A stretch of DNA of 64,000 nt from Cellvibrionales bacterium UBA1854 (GTDB lineage Bacteria; Pseudomonadota; Gammaproteobacteria; Pseudomonadales; Porticoccaceae): contig DDII01000042.1 of NCBI GenBank assembly GCA_002338445.1, positions 5,023-69,022 on the forward strand, given 5' to 3'. This document shows, one piece after another, positions 1 to 10,642 of the stretch. Under the pieces are notes generated by a model that worked only from the letters and a program-made list of their open reading frames with translations, was not told the origin of the DNA and searched no databases. The translations under genes were made by a program, and so were the position numbers. Each line of letters starts with the position of its first letter. The stretch's first letter is position 1.

Positions 1-11
1 ATTTAGCATGC

Positions 12-605
12 TTAAATTTTTATTTTTGACCATTGTGAAATGATTAGTTTAAATGATCGCTCTTTGTTTGAGCCTAAAATTTTTTTAGGCATACTTCCAA
101 ATGGCGTCGGTTTATATTTGTCAAATTCTAACGACCAACCAGCTTGCTCAAACTTATGTGCTTGCCCCTCAGGATGAATTAACAAGTTTGTTTGGATTAA
201 ATTTGGAGAAGGAATACCCCTTAGCCAATATGCTAAGGCGCTGATTTGGAGAGGAATACCGATAATTTCTTTTATTAACAAATTAGGTGATCCCACTTTG
301 CTTTTCCCTTTATAGTGTATCACTGCCTCATCACTATCCCCCGTCATCAATATATTTTGAAGCCCGAGTGGACCTGCCAGTATAATTGAGAAATTTTCAT
401 CTAATTGTTTCCAGTCAAGCCGCACCGATCCCGAGTATTGTGGACTTTGCACCGACATTTTAGCGACTGCCTGCCATCTGTTATGAGAAAATATTGAAGC
501 CTGATGAATTTTCCAATTGCTTGTTTGGGTCGTGTCATGGCCCGGTGTAATGGTGCCACAGCCATAAAGAATAGTTATGATTGAGATTACGGCTATTTTT
601 CTCAA
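12..605 (-). CDS. lolB: Outer-membrane lipoprotein LolB
   Basis: 197-aa ORF with a lipoprotein signal (ILYGC lipobox). Similar to E. coli LolB (GIPLQISALAYWLRGIP vs GMPIPLNSLRQWILGLP; FKLIISQW vs IKLKMDNW). Lies in the conserved lolB-TPR / hemA arrangement. Confidence 0.85.
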   Translation of the reverse strand: MRKIAVISIITILYGCGTITPGHDTTQTSNWKIHQASIFSHNRWQAVAKMSVQSPQYSGSVRLDWKQLDENFSIILAGPLGLQNILMTGDSDEAVIHYKGKSKVGSPNLLIKEIIGIPLQISALAYWLRGIPSPNLIQTNLLIHPEGQAHKFEQAGWSLEFDKYKPTPFGSMPKKILGSNKERSFKLIISQWSKIKI

Positions 606-2362
606 TTATCGTTTCGCTCCTGTAAAGAGATCCCCAAACGTTTCATTGTGCTCATGATTTGTAATGCGTCAGGATTGTTTTTTAACCCTTTACGCCATGC
701 TTCGATTGCTTGCGCTTCATCACCTAAAGCCCAATAAACCTCACCAAGATGCGCTGCGATTTCAGGATCTGGCATTTTTGCCATAGCTTGCTTTAAAAAG
801 TCGAGAGCCTCTTTAATTTTACCTCGTTTAAACAGCGCCCATCCCATGCTATCAATAATTGCAGGGCTTTCTGGTTTTAAAATATAAGCTCGTTTAATTA
901 GTTGGGACGCCTCATCCAACCGATCAGTGTGTAGTAGCATCAAATATCCAAGGGCATTGAGCGCATGGGCATTATCTGGATCACGCGAAATGATGTTTAG
1001 CAAGTCAGATTCAGCTAACGAAAAATCGCCCTGCTGTTCTGCCAACATTGCCCTGGTGTAAAGCAAGCCAACGTCATGGGGGTGGGTGTCTAAACCTCTT
1101 GCAAGAATCTCAAGCGCTATATAAGGTTTTTTGATATTTATTAATATGTTAGATTCCAACTCAAAAAGATCTTTACTTAGTTCGGGAACTTTAGAACGCA
1201 ACATATTGATATGGTTGCTTGCATTTGCAAGGCTGCTGGTTTGTATTAGTAAGTTAAAAACACGCGATGTAGCAGCTAAGAAATTGCTTCCTCCTAACAC
1301 TTTTTTGTAGTTATGTATTGCTTCACTGAAGTTTTCGTTCTTATCGTGTATGTAGCCGAGATAGTAGTGAGCCTCCGAAGAATATCGGTAACTTGCTGTT
1401 AATGGATTTAAGAGTTTTTCGGCTTTTATATATTTGTTATCATCTAAGTACAGTAATGCCAATAAAAAGTTAATTTCTTCGCTTTTCTTGTAAGTTTTTC
1501 GTAATAGTTCTAATTGGTGTAAGCCTTTGGAGCGGTCAAAGGTCGTGAGTAAACGCGCGTACTGCAGACGAAGTTTTTTATTGTCTGGGAAACTTTGTAA
1601 GGCTTGCTGAAGGAGTAGTATAGCGTCTTCAGTTTGTTTTTGTTGTTGAAGTATCTGCGCCAGAATCTGTGGCCCTCGAACATCATCTGGTTTTTTACTG
1701 ATGTAATCTTTTACAACATGTTTTGCCTCGACTAGTTCGCCGGCTTCTCTTAATAACATTGCTACAGCCAGTTCACTGGTTACTTTCTTTTCCGCTGGCA
1801 GATCAACATTTCTATATGCCTGTATTAATTGTTTTATTTGTGTTTTTTTTCTACCCTCTGCGATAGTCGTTACCGCTAAAAACGCGCTATCAATTCCCTC
1901 TTTTTTGTAGAGCCAGGCTGCGTATGGTAGGGCTTCTACTGCATTTTCGAGGATGGAATATGCTTGGAGCATTGCCCTATATGCATCGTTATTTAGAGGA
2001 TTTATATCTAGCCACAACGCCGCCATATCCAGTGATGCTTCACCGTCTTGCGCATGCTGCGCTATCCCAAATGCCATTGCCGTTATCGCCTCATCACGAG
2101 TATATTTTGCTTGTGACCTGTATTTTGACAAAGCGGTGGTGTATTGCCCGCGGATCAATGCGATATCAGCCACCAGCAATTGGTATAGTGTTTCTTCATC
2201 GAAAGGTTTGATGGTGTCCTGTCTGGTCTTATTGAGTGCCGGCTGAGCATCCAACTCCTCAGAAAGATCGTCGGCAGGATCTGAATTCAAAAGATAAGAA
2301 CATCCATGCAGAGCAGGAACAAATAACAGGCACATTAATATCAAGGGTAAAAAGTGTCTCAT
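602..2362 (-). CDS. TPR-repeat lipoprotein, conserved neighbour of lolB/hemA
   Basis: Long ORF made of repeated TPR-like helical units (A..Y..AL / G....A motifs throughout). The internal Met at 2362 gives a signal peptide with lipobox ALHGC. Overlaps the lolB start by 4 nt. The start could instead be 2404. Confidence 0.7.
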   Translation of the reverse strand: MRHFLPLILMCLLFVPALHGCSYLLNSDPADDLSEELDAQPALNKTRQDTIKPFDEETLYQLLVADIALIRGQYTTALSKYRSQAKYTRDEAITAMAFGIAQHAQDGEASLDMAALWLDINPLNNDAYRAMLQAYSILENAVEALPYAAWLYKKEGIDSAFLAVTTIAEGRKKTQIKQLIQAYRNVDLPAEKKVTSELAVAMLLREAGELVEAKHVVKDYISKKPDDVRGPQILAQILQQQKQTEDAILLLQQALQSFPDNKKLRLQYARLLTTFDRSKGLHQLELLRKTYKKSEEINFLLALLYLDDNKYIKAEKLLNPLTASYRYSSEAHYYLGYIHDKNENFSEAIHNYKKVLGGSNFLAATSRVFNLLIQTSSLANASNHINMLRSKVPELSKDLFELESNILINIKKPYIALEILARGLDTHPHDVGLLYTRAMLAEQQGDFSLAESDLLNIISRDPDNAHALNALGYLMLLHTDRLDEASQLIKRAYILKPESPAIIDSMGWALFKRGKIKEALDFLKQAMAKMPDPEIAAHLGEVYWALGDEAQAIEAWRKGLKNNPDALQIMSTMKRLGISLQERNDN

Positions 2363-2517
2363 GTAGACATTGTCACGGTTATTTGAAGTGAAGACAACGT
2401 ACAAAACAGATTACGATAATAAAACTTGAATACTGTGACGACCGTACATTGATACTGTGAGATATAAAAATTATCTACATGATTTTGTTCCCCAAGCTAT
2501 AATCCCTGGGTGAGAGC

Positions 2518-3825
2518 ATGTCTTGTGATATCACAAGTAATTTGTTAGATCTTGTTTTGAAGAGAGGGGCAACGCATATCTTAGTTTTTGGTGTCAATCA
2601 TAAATCGGCGGGTATTGAGATTCGAGAGAAAATTCATTTTTCTCCAGAAGAAATCATTGAGGCGTTACACTCGGCTGTGCGTGAGACTGGATTGAAAGAA
2701 GTTTCATTATTATCAACTTGTAATCGCACTGAACTATATGGTGTGGGTGACGTTTGCGATTATGATTTATTACTCTGGCTTGCGAGGAACCGAAACCTGC
2801 AGTTTGATAAGCTCAAACATGCTTTTTACTGCCACAAAAACTTACTTGCACTCAAACATCTGATGCTGGTGTCAAGTGGATTGGATTCAATGGTATTTGG
2901 CGAACCGCAAATTTTTGGGCAAATCAAGTCTGCTTATTCTGTGGGTCGTGAAGCTGGCACAGTATCCTCTGGCTTAAATCAGGTCTTCCAACACGTCTTT
3001 TCCACTGTCAAACGTATTCGCACTGAAACGGCCATAGGTCAGAATCCAGTTTCAGTAGCGTACGCGTCTGTTCGGTTAGCAAGACAAATTTTTTCCGATT
3101 TTGAATCTAAAACTGCACTTCTTATTGGCGCAGGTGAAACAATAGAACTTGTTGCTCGGCACCTTGGAGATCAGGGATTGGGTGAAATTATCGTTGCAAA
3201 CCGAACTCACAGTCGGGCAAGGGATGTTGCACAAGATTTCGCCTCTAAAATTATTTTACTCTCTGATATTCCCGAACATTTGCATAAAGCAGATATCTTG
3301 ATCTCATCTACAGCCAGTCAGTTACCCATCTTAGGCAAAGGTGCTGTAGAAGATGCTGTAAAAAAGCGCAGAAAAAAACCAATGTTGCTGATTGATTTAG
3401 CAGTGCCTAGGGACATAGAGCCGCAGGTCGATGAAATGTCAGATGTGTATTTATATAACGTGGATGATTTGACTAATGTTATTCAAGATGGTTTGGAATC
3501 CAGACGTTCAGCGGCTGATGCGGCTGATATTATTATTGAGCAGGAGATAAAAAGCTGGACTCGGCATCAAAAAGCCTTAAATGCTGTGGATACTATAAGG
3601 GCATTTCGGAAAAGTATAGAAATGCTTCGCGATGTGGAAGTTGAAAAAGCGCTGTCGTCTCTAAGACGTGGTCAAGATTCAGAGGAGGTTATCAACACGC
3701 TCGCTCGTAATTTGACAAATAAATTGATGCACAAGCCTACCACTCGACTAAAGTTGGCTGGTGAAGAGGGTCGTGAAGATACAATACACGTAACCAAAGA
3801 CTTGTTTGGGTTGACTGCCGAGTAA
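2518..3825 (+). CDS. hemA: Glutamyl-tRNA reductase
   Basis: 435 aa. Has the active-site motif STCNRTELY and the Rossmann motif LIGAGETIELVARHL. Followed by prfA-prmC. Confidence 0.95.
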   Translation: MSCDITSNLLDLVLKRGATHILVFGVNHKSAGIEIREKIHFSPEEIIEALHSAVRETGLKEVSLLSTCNRTELYGVGDVCDYDLLLWLARNRNLQFDKLKHAFYCHKNLLALKHLMLVSSGLDSMVFGEPQIFGQIKSAYSVGREAGTVSSGLNQVFQHVFSTVKRIRTETAIGQNPVSVAYASVRLARQIFSDFESKTALLIGAGETIELVARHLGDQGLGEIIVANRTHSRARDVAQDFASKIILLSDIPEHLHKADILISSTASQLPILGKGAVEDAVKKRRKKPMLLIDLAVPRDIEPQVDEMSDVYLYNVDDLTNVIQDGLESRRSAADAADIIIEQEIKSWTRHQKALNAVDTIRAFRKSIEMLRDVEVEKALSSLRRGQDSEEVINTLARNLTNKLMHKPTTRLKLAGEEGREDTIHVTKDLFGLTAE

Positions 3826-3885
3826 CCAAAATATGGTCAAATTTTTCGTTGTCCTCGTCAACATTTTCAATAGTGCAGTGTTGTG

Positions 3886-4968
3886 ATGAAAGAATCGATC
3901 GCAGCGAAATTAGAGGCGCTGTGTGATCGTTTTGATGAGTTATCAGCCCTTTTAAGCGACAAAAGAACCCTCAATGAGACAGACTCCTTTAAGCTTCTTT
4001 CGAAAGAATACGCTGAGTTGAATCCTGTAGTAACATTATACCAGACTTATACCAAAGTCTTAGATGAAGTTAAGGGCTTGAATAGTATGTTGCAAGATCC
4101 TGATCACGGTATCCGTGAGTTGGCACAAGAAGAGTTGCGAATCAACAACAAAAGCCTTAGGAGACTTGAAAATGATCTGCAACAATCTTTACTCTCAAAG
4201 GATCCAAATGATGACAAGAATGTGTTTTTGGAGATTCGCGCAGGCGCGGGAGGTGATGAAGCAGCGATTTTCTCGGGAGATCTTTTCAGGATGTATAGTA
4301 AATATTCTGAGCGTCAGGGCTGGAAAGTGGAGATCGTTAGTTCCCATATGGGAGACCATGGTGGGTTTAAAGAAGTTATCGCAAGGATTAGCGGTAGGGA
4401 TGTTTATTCAAAATTGAAATTCGAATCTGGCGCCCACAGAGTGCAGAGGGTACCTGAAACCGAATCACAGGGTAGAGTTCACACCTCGGCATGCACAGTG
4501 GCTATACTTGCAGAGCCTGATCAACGAGACGTAATTGCAATTAGCAAGTCAGACCTTCGTATAGATACATTCAGAGCCTCAGGTTCGGGTGGACAGCATG
4601 TAAATAAAACTGACTCTGCGATTCGACTGACTCATATACCCACTGGTTTCGTGGTTGAATGTCAAGATGAGAGGTCACAGCATAAAAATCGTGCTAAAGC
4701 CATGGCAGTACTTCAGGCTAGATTAAGTTCGGCTCAAAATGATGCACTTGTTCGTGAGGAGGATGAAAAACGACGAATTCTAGTAGGAAGTGGTGATCGT
4801 TCAGAGCGTATCCGAACTTATAATTTTCCTCAGGGACGACTCACTGATCATCGCATCAATCTAACGCTTTATAAGCTTCCCGAAATTGTAGAGGGCGATT
4901 TGGACGAGATTGTGCAAGAGCTTACAAACGATTTTCAAGCATCACAATTATCAAAAATTGCGGAATAG
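3886..4968 (+). CDS. prfA: Peptide chain release factor 1
   Basis: GGQ motif ([14 protein letters not shown]) and a PxT-type tripeptide ([10 protein letters not shown]). Colinear with E. coli RF1 from [15 protein letters not shown] at 3886; a GTG at 3883 is also possible. Confidence 0.95.
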   Translation: MKESIAAKLEALCDRFDELSALLSDKRTLNETDSFKLLSKEYAELNPVVTLYQTYTKVLDEVKGLNSMLQDPDHGIRELAQEELRINNKSLRRLENDLQQSLLSKDPNDDKNVFLEIRAGAGGDEAAIFSGDLFRMYSKYSERQGWKVEIVSSHMGDHGGFKEVIARISGRDVYSKLKFESGAHRVQRVPETESQGRVHTSACTVAILAEPDQRDVIAISKSDLRIDTFRASGSGGQHVNKTDSAIRLTHIPTGFVVECQDERSQHKNRAKAMAVLQARLSSAQNDALVREEDEKRRILVGSGDRSERIRTYNFPQGRLTDHRINLTLYKLPEIVEGDLDEIVQELTNDFQASQLSKIAE

Positions 4969-4979
4969 GTAGTTTTCTT

Positions 4980-5822
4980 TTGACATCAATCTTAGACTTA
5001 CTAGGGCGAGCTTCCGAGCTTCAAAAAATAAGCGATTCTCCAGTCTTGGATACACAAAGAATTATTTGTAGAATCATAGGCCGTGATACTAGCTTCTTGC
5101 ATACTTGGCCTTATGCTGAAATTACACCCAATAATCTGAAAAATTTTGAGTCATTATTTGCTCGGAGATTAATGGGAGAACCAATTGCCTATTTAACTGG
5201 AGAACATGGATTTTGGTCGTTGATTCTACAAGTTAATTCACACACATTGATACCTCGTCCTGAAACAGAGTTGCTCGTGGAGATTGCTTTGACGGTCAGT
5301 TTAGGACCACACGCTTCGGTGCTTGATTTGGGCACCGGCAGCGGTTCGATTGCTTTAGCCTTAGCTAGCGAACGAACGAATTGGAGCATAGTTGCGGTTG
5401 AAAAAAATACCAATGCTCTAGCAATAGCAAAATCAAATGGGTTTCGTTTGAGGTTGAAAAATGTCGATTTCTTGGCGGGTGATTGGTTTAGTCCATTGGT
5501 GGCGCGTCGATTTCATTTAATTATAAGTAATCCTCCATATGTGGCAATGGGCGATGAGAGCCTGAACGGCGATGGAGTCCGCTTTGAGCCCAAGGAGGCA
5601 TTGGTGTCTGGTGTCGATGGTTTAGATAGTTTACGGTATATTATTTCCCAGTCGCCTAATTTTTTGCATCACGGTGGATGGCTTCTTGTGGAACATGGAT
5701 GCGATCAAGGTTTAGAGGTCCGAAAATTATTTTTGTCCAGAGGATATTCAGAAGTTTCGACTCACTCGGATTTAAACGGACGGGAGCGAGTCACGCTCGG
5801 ATGCACAAGACGTTCATGTTAA
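4980..5822 (+). CDS. prmC: Release factor glutamine N5-methyltransferase
   Basis: SAM-binding motif LDLGTGSGSIA and catalytic NPPY. Immediately downstream of prfA. TTG start. Confidence 0.9.
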   Translation: MTSILDLLGRASELQKISDSPVLDTQRIICRIIGRDTSFLHTWPYAEITPNNLKNFESLFARRLMGEPIAYLTGEHGFWSLILQVNSHTLIPRPETELLVEIALTVSLGPHASVLDLGTGSGSIALALASERTNWSIVAVEKNTNALAIAKSNGFRLRLKNVDFLAGDWFSPLVARRFHLIISNPPYVAMGDESLNGDGVRFEPKEALVSGVDGLDSLRYIISQSPNFLHHGGWLLVEHGCDQGLEVRKLFLSRGYSEVSTHSDLNGRERVTLGCTRRSC

Positions 5823-5919
5823 AGAAATATCAGTTATTTGGATTGCTTTTAGAACGGATAAAACATATTCCTCAAGAAATGGTACAATTAAATTCTCAAG
5901 CAGATAGTGAGAAGATAAT

Positions 5920-7305
5920 TTGACCGCACAGCCAGACAAGGCAAAGCATAAACTCAATGATGAAACACGTGCGGAGTCCAGAGAAGTTAAAATACAGGAT
6001 GCAGCTGGACCAGCTTGGTCTTTAGATCAGTTTGTCGTAGAACCGAGTACGAATAAAGTTCGTTTTCATGATTTTTCCCTCCCATTAGAATTGATGCGAG
6101 GATTGGCAGCAATGAAGTTTAAATATTGCACCCCAATTCAAGCACAATCTTTGCCATACTCTCTCAACGGTCACGATATAGTTGGTCGAGCACAGACTGG
6201 AACGGGTAAGACCGCAGCCTTTTTAATAAGTATTGTGAATGATTTGATAAACTATGCAATTGAAGGAAAGCGTTATGTCGGAGATGCGCGTGCCTTGATT
6301 TTGGCCCCGACTCGAGAGCTTGCGTTACAAATAGCAGAAGATGCGTTAAAGCTTACGCGATTCACCAATATCAAAGTTCATGCTCTTGTGGGAGGTTTGG
6401 ATTATGGTAAACAACTCAAGCAAATAGAATCAGAACACTGTGATATTCTTGTTGGAACTCCCGGACGTTTATTAGATTTTGCGAATAACCAAGACATACA
6501 TTTGGACCAGATCGAGATTCTGGTGATTGACGAAGCGGATAGGATGTTAGACATGGGCTTTATTCCTCAGGTACGCAGAATAGTGCGTTTGACGCCACGT
6601 AAAGAAGATCGTCAGACGCTGTTATTCTCTGCAACCTTTTCCGAGGATGTTATTCGACTGGCAGAACAATGGACAGAACAATCGGTACGTCTTGAGCTAG
6701 GTGCTGACAAAGTAACTACGGACACAGTACTTCAAAAAGTATATATTACGACGGCTGTCGAAAAATTTGCTCTGTTGAATCAAATTTTAAGCCAAAAAAA
6801 AGTAGAAAGTGTGATGATTTTTGCGAATAGAAGGGATATTTGTAAAGATCTCCACTACAAATTACGCAAAAAGGGTTTCAAAGTTGGTATTTTGTCCGGC
6901 GAGGTACCTCAGTCTAAGCGTCTGAAAACTTTAGATTCTTTTAAAAGTGGATCAATCAGGATATTGGTAGCTACAGATGTTGCTGGGCGCGGCATACATG
7001 TTGACGATGTTAGTCACGTGATAAACTACACCTTGCCTGAAGAACCGCAGGACTATATTCATCGCATCGGCCGCACTGGAAGAGCGGGGCACACAGGTGT
7101 TTCTATCAGTTTTGCGTGCGAGGATGATGCATTTCTGCTAGAGCCAATTGAAAACCTTCTGGGTCATAAACTGGCTTGCGTCATGCCAGATATAAGGAAC
7201 AATTCAGATTCTCTTTTGGGACAAGAAGCGAATGGAACCAATTTTGCTGGTGAGTGCTTTCCGTCTAGACAGAGTTTAGAGCCAGGACGAAAGACTAAAG
7301 TCTGA
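5920..7305 (+). CDS. rhlB: ATP-dependent DEAD-box RNA helicase (RhlB-like)
   Basis: Motifs AQTGTGKT, PTRELA, VIDEADRM, SAT and HRIGRTGRAG. Extended similarity to E. coli RhlB across the C-terminal domain. Apparent TTG start, so the N-terminus is uncertain. Confidence 0.75.
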   Translation: MTAQPDKAKHKLNDETRAESREVKIQDAAGPAWSLDQFVVEPSTNKVRFHDFSLPLELMRGLAAMKFKYCTPIQAQSLPYSLNGHDIVGRAQTGTGKTAAFLISIVNDLINYAIEGKRYVGDARALILAPTRELALQIAEDALKLTRFTNIKVHALVGGLDYGKQLKQIESEHCDILVGTPGRLLDFANNQDIHLDQIEILVIDEADRMLDMGFIPQVRRIVRLTPRKEDRQTLLFSATFSEDVIRLAEQWTEQSVRLELGADKVTTDTVLQKVYITTAVEKFALLNQILSQKKVESVMIFANRRDICKDLHYKLRKKGFKVGILSGEVPQSKRLKTLDSFKSGSIRILVATDVAGRGIHVDDVSHVINYTLPEEPQDYIHRIGRTGRAGHTGVSISFACEDDAFLLEPIENLLGHKLACVMPDIRNNSDSLLGQEANGTNFAGECFPSRQSLEPGRKTKV

Positions 7306-7514
7306 CACAGCTGTATTAGCACAGGGTGTTCCGCTTAAAAGAGAATCAACATGGTCTACCCTTTAATTTTAAGTTTAAGAACGCCAATTGATGAAACCAT
7401 TAGTGGCCATTTTTCCATCCGTCGCAACGGTGACAAATGATTTCTGTCATCCAGATGCTCAAATTAAATACAGCTCAATTATTTTCTTTGGGATTAGTTT
7501 TTAGTTCATATCTT

Positions 7515-7991
7515 TCAGGTTGAAGTCCGCAAAAGTCGCCGTCTTTGAATTTCCCAATCGCGCTTTTTATCATCGAAGCGTTTATCATGAAGTCTTTTTC
7601 CTTTCGCTAGCGCTATCTCACATTTGACAAGGTAACGCTTCCAATACATTGCAATACATACACATGTAAAACCTTTTTGGTCAACTTGAGTTTGCAGATC
7701 AGATAGTTCGTTTCTATTAAGTAATAATTTTCTTACGCGCGCTGGTTCAATCATACTTGTTGAGGAAGTAGTCGCCAATGGCGTGATTAACGCCCCTATC
7801 AACCATGCTTGATAGTTTCTTATGTGAATGTAACTTTCAGTAATAGAGATTTTCCCTGCCCGAAGACTCTTTACTTCCCAGCCGAGCAAGGCAATCCCTG
7901 CTTCATATTTTTTATCAATAAAGTAGTCGCGGTTACTTTTTTTATTAAGGGCTATTGTTTCGGTAAGTTTTTTTGCTTTTTGCGTCGACAT
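7515..7991 (-). CDS. smpB: SsrA-binding protein
   Basis: 158 aa, colinear with E. coli SmpB (GWEVKSLRAGK, RKLLLNRNEL, YWK...KCEIALAKGKRLHDKR). Confidence 0.95.
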   Translation of the reverse strand: MSTQKAKKLTETIALNKKSNRDYFIDKKYEAGIALLGWEVKSLRAGKISITESYIHIRNYQAWLIGALITPLATTSSTSMIEPARVRKLLLNRNELSDLQTQVDQKGFTCVCIAMYWKRYLVKCEIALAKGKRLHDKRFDDKKRDWEIQRRRLLRTST

Positions 7992-8165
7992 TGCGTAATT
8001 ATACGCTTGACGCTACTATTGTCACCGTTTTTCCCTTTTTACTTTCAGTCTGGTTATGATACCTATACAGGTTTCATGATAGGAAGGTTCGATTATTAAT
8101 TTAACTGATCTTCCCGAAATATAGTGGTACGAATTTATTAAGACAGTTTGAGTTAGGAAAAAAAA

Positions 8166-9542
8166 ATGGATGTTCAGTCAAAGAGTACGCATGGTATTTG
8201 GAGTAGTCGTTGGACTTTTATACTTGCTGCTACTGGTTCAGCTGTTGGTCTTGGAAATCTTTGGAAATTTCCGTACGTAGCAGGGACATTTGGCGGCGGA
8301 GCTTTCGTGCTTATTTACTTGGTTTGTATTTTATTAATTGGAGTACCGGTGATGATGGCTGAAGTTCTTTTAGGCAGAGCAGCTCGTAAAAGTCCTATTA
8401 ACGCGATGCACCACGCCGTCGTTGTAAGTGGGAGTCGCTCTGGTTGGCGGCATATTGGGTGGGTTGGTATTTTTTCTGCTCTTTTGATTTTATCCTTTTA
8501 TGCTGTCATTGCTGGGTGGGCGATGGATTACTTCACGTTAACCGCTAAGGGTGTTCTTGATAAATTAAGTGGCGATGATGCAGTGCTTGTATTTTCAAAT
8601 TTGGTGGGTGATCCGCTTCGCTTAGTTTTGTGGCAGAGTACCTTCCTTGCATTGTGTTTGTTTGTAGTTGCCGCTGGTGTTCAGAGAGGATTGGGAAGGG
8701 CAATCACTATTTTAATGCCCATTTTATTCCTATTGTTGATCGTTATGATGTTACTCGCTGTTGTGAAGGGTGACTTTTATTCGGCATGGATGTTTTTATT
8801 TGCTTTTGACTTTGAATCCATTACTTGGAGGGCAGTTCTAGAGGCAATGGGTCTTGCTTTTTTTACTTTGAGCATCGGAATGGGCGCGATTATGGCATAC
8901 GGAGCTTATATGCCAGCTGAGGCTAGTATAGGTAGAACGGTTCTTACAGTAGCCATTTTAGATAGTGTCGTAGCTATTGTTGCAGGTTTGATGATTTTTT
9001 CAATTGTTTTTGCAACTCCTGGTATAGAACCAAGTGCGGGCCCTGGATTGATGTTTATTAGTTTACCAGTAGCCTTCGGTAATATGGCTGGTGGACAACT
9101 GTTAAGTTTTTTATTCTTTTTTCTTGTGGTTATTGCGGCTTGGAGTTCAGCAATTTCACTTCTGGAACCGGCTGTTGCATGGTTAATAGAAGAAAAAAGA
9201 ATTTCTCGCCCAAAAGCAAGTATCTTTTTATCCTTTATAGTCTGGACTCTGGGACTTGGGACAGTTTTATCTTTTAATATTGCTAAGGATATAAAAGTTG
9301 CCGGATTCACGTTTTTTGATGCATTAGATTTTTTGACTGCAAATATCATGTTACCGCTAAGCGGCTTTGCGATAGCCGTTTTTGCCGGGTTTATAATGCG
9401 GCGTGATCTTGTAAGAGCACAAATGATTGATTTAAAAGCTAAATATCTATGGCTATGGCTATGGCTGTTGCGTTACGTTGCTACCATTGCTGTGCTAATC
9501 ATTTTTTTGATGGGCATTTATGATAAGTTTTCTTCGGTGTAA
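8166..9542 (+). CDS. Sodium-dependent transporter, neurotransmitter:sodium symporter (SNF/NSS) family
   Basis: 458 aa and polytopic. N-terminal NSS signature WSSRWTFILAATGSAVGLGNLWKFPY. Confidence 0.85.
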   Translation: MDVQSKSTHGIWSSRWTFILAATGSAVGLGNLWKFPYVAGTFGGGAFVLIYLVCILLIGVPVMMAEVLLGRAARKSPINAMHHAVVVSGSRSGWRHIGWVGIFSALLILSFYAVIAGWAMDYFTLTAKGVLDKLSGDDAVLVFSNLVGDPLRLVLWQSTFLALCLFVVAAGVQRGLGRAITILMPILFLLLIVMMLLAVVKGDFYSAWMFLFAFDFESITWRAVLEAMGLAFFTLSIGMGAIMAYGAYMPAEASIGRTVLTVAILDSVVAIVAGLMIFSIVFATPGIEPSAGPGLMFISLPVAFGNMAGGQLLSFLFFFLVVIAAWSSAISLLEPAVAWLIEEKRISRPKASIFLSFIVWTLGLGTVLSFNIAKDIKVAGFTFFDALDFLTANIMLPLSGFAIAVFAGFIMRRDLVRAQMIDLKAKYLWLWLWLLRYVATIAVLIIFLMGIYDKFSSV

Positions 9543-9544
9543 CT

Positions 9545-9979
9545 GTGACTCGAATTAAACGTTCGCTAGTAGTAAAACATTCATCAAGGAAAATGTATGA
9601 TTTGGTAAATGATGTAGAACGTTACCCTGAATTTGTGACGTATTGTTCTTCGGCAGAGGTTGTCAAAAGTAGCAATCAAGAAATGTTAGCCAGGCTAGAT
9701 TTAAAAAAAGCAGGAGTGAATATCAATGTCTTGACGAGAAATACACTCAATCCTCCGTTTGGCATAAATATGTTGTTGGAAGAGGGGCCTTTTAATTTAT
9801 TGGATGGGCGGTGGACCTTCCAAGAAGTAAGTGAATCAGCTTCGAGGGTCTCATTAGTTCTGGACTATGAGTTCAAAAGTTTTGCGATGCATGTATTAGC
9901 CTCAAATATACTTACAAATATTGCAAGTGACTTGGTTGAAACGATCTGCCGACGTGCTGATTATCTTTATTTGGAGTGA
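9545..9979 (+). CDS. ratA: SRPBCC/RatA-family (Coq10-like) protein
   Basis: 144 aa, colinear with E. coli RatA/YfjG (MYDLVNDVERYPEF vs MYQLVNDVQSYPQF). In the usual smpB neighbourhood. GTG start. Confidence 0.8.
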   Translation: MTRIKRSLVVKHSSRKMYDLVNDVERYPEFVTYCSSAEVVKSSNQEMLARLDLKKAGVNINVLTRNTLNPPFGINMLLEEGPFNLLDGRWTFQEVSESASRVSLVLDYEFKSFAMHVLASNILTNIASDLVETICRRADYLYLE

Positions 9980-10192
9980 GTAATTAAGCCGTGTTATTTA
10001 AAGGTTGAACCCACGGAATCGATTAATTGTGAAGGACCTTTTATCCCTACAGTCGTAATGTCAAAAAAGGAGTGCCTTGATTAACGCCAAGTGAGGAGCG
10101 TTAAAAATTTATTCATACTGGTTTCAACATTGTTCATTGAAAATTTAGTGGTGCTTAATAAGCAAAGCATTCAAGATTTCCGGCCGCCCGCT

Positions 10193-10570
10193 TTAGTGAC
10201 CCTCAGTTTCTGATAGAGAATTACCGAGTTTGGCATCACTAGGACGGTAATCTCCTCGAAGCAAACTCAGTTTATTTTGTTCGCTAAAGAATACTTCCAA
10301 CCGTTTTTCTTTTTTTTGAGAACGAGCGTTAGTAACATTGTTTAGATATATCCAATGATTTTGATTAAAGCTATCTTTAATCAGCGGTGTTCCCAAGATA
10401 AACTTTACTTGTTCTTTTGTCATCCCAGGTACTAGCTGATTTACCATATCTTGTGTCACAATATTTCCCTGTTGAATGGAAACTTTGTGGACGCTCGGAA
10501 ATTGTGGTGTACTACATGCAAAGGAGACAATAGCCAAGCTTATTGAGACTATTTTCGCGGGTGTTGACAT
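10193..10570 (-). CDS. bamE: Outer-membrane protein assembly factor BamE (SmpA/OmlA)
   Basis: Lipoprotein signal ending in SFAC and the SmpA/OmlA core (QQGNIVTQDMVNQLVPGMTKEQVKFILGTP). Divergent from fur, as in Pseudomonas omlA-fur. The ORF extends to 10603, but Met at 10570 gives the signal peptide. Confidence 0.85.
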   Translation of the reverse strand: MSTPAKIVSISLAIVSFACSTPQFPSVHKVSIQQGNIVTQDMVNQLVPGMTKEQVKFILGTPLIKDSFNQNHWIYLNNVTNARSQKKEKRLEVFFSEQNKLSLLRGDYRPSDAKLGNSLSETEGH

Positions 10571-10642
10571 AAACATTGGTCTTTTCAATAACTGCAAAAA
10601 CAAAACTATAAATTAAATTAACTCTTGTTTGAAGCTTTAAAA

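Noticed and set aside
7306-7514. Looked for tmRNA (ssrA) next to smpB.
   Set aside because: The gap downstream of smpB is only 209 bp. It has no GGGGCTGA-type 5' end and no tRNA-like TTCGA.../CCA 3' end, so ssrA must lie elsewhere.
8906-9349. 147-aa ORF antisense to the NSS transporter. Similar antisense or shadow ORFs occur at 1924-2246, 4115-4417, 35380-35736, 36948-37319, 38374-38688, 44033-44347, 54070-54390 and elsewhere.
   Set aside because: Each lies entirely inside a strongly supported gene on the opposite strand or in another frame. Composition is low-complexity, and none has a recognisable motif or ribosome-binding context. They are typical shadow ORFs.
10571-10642. Searched the bamE/fur spacer, the bfr-like upstream region (53445-53553) and the isc leader for Fur boxes (GATAATGATAATCATTATC-like).
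   Set aside because: No match better than scattered AT-rich half-sites, so I cannot support a regulatory-site call by eye.
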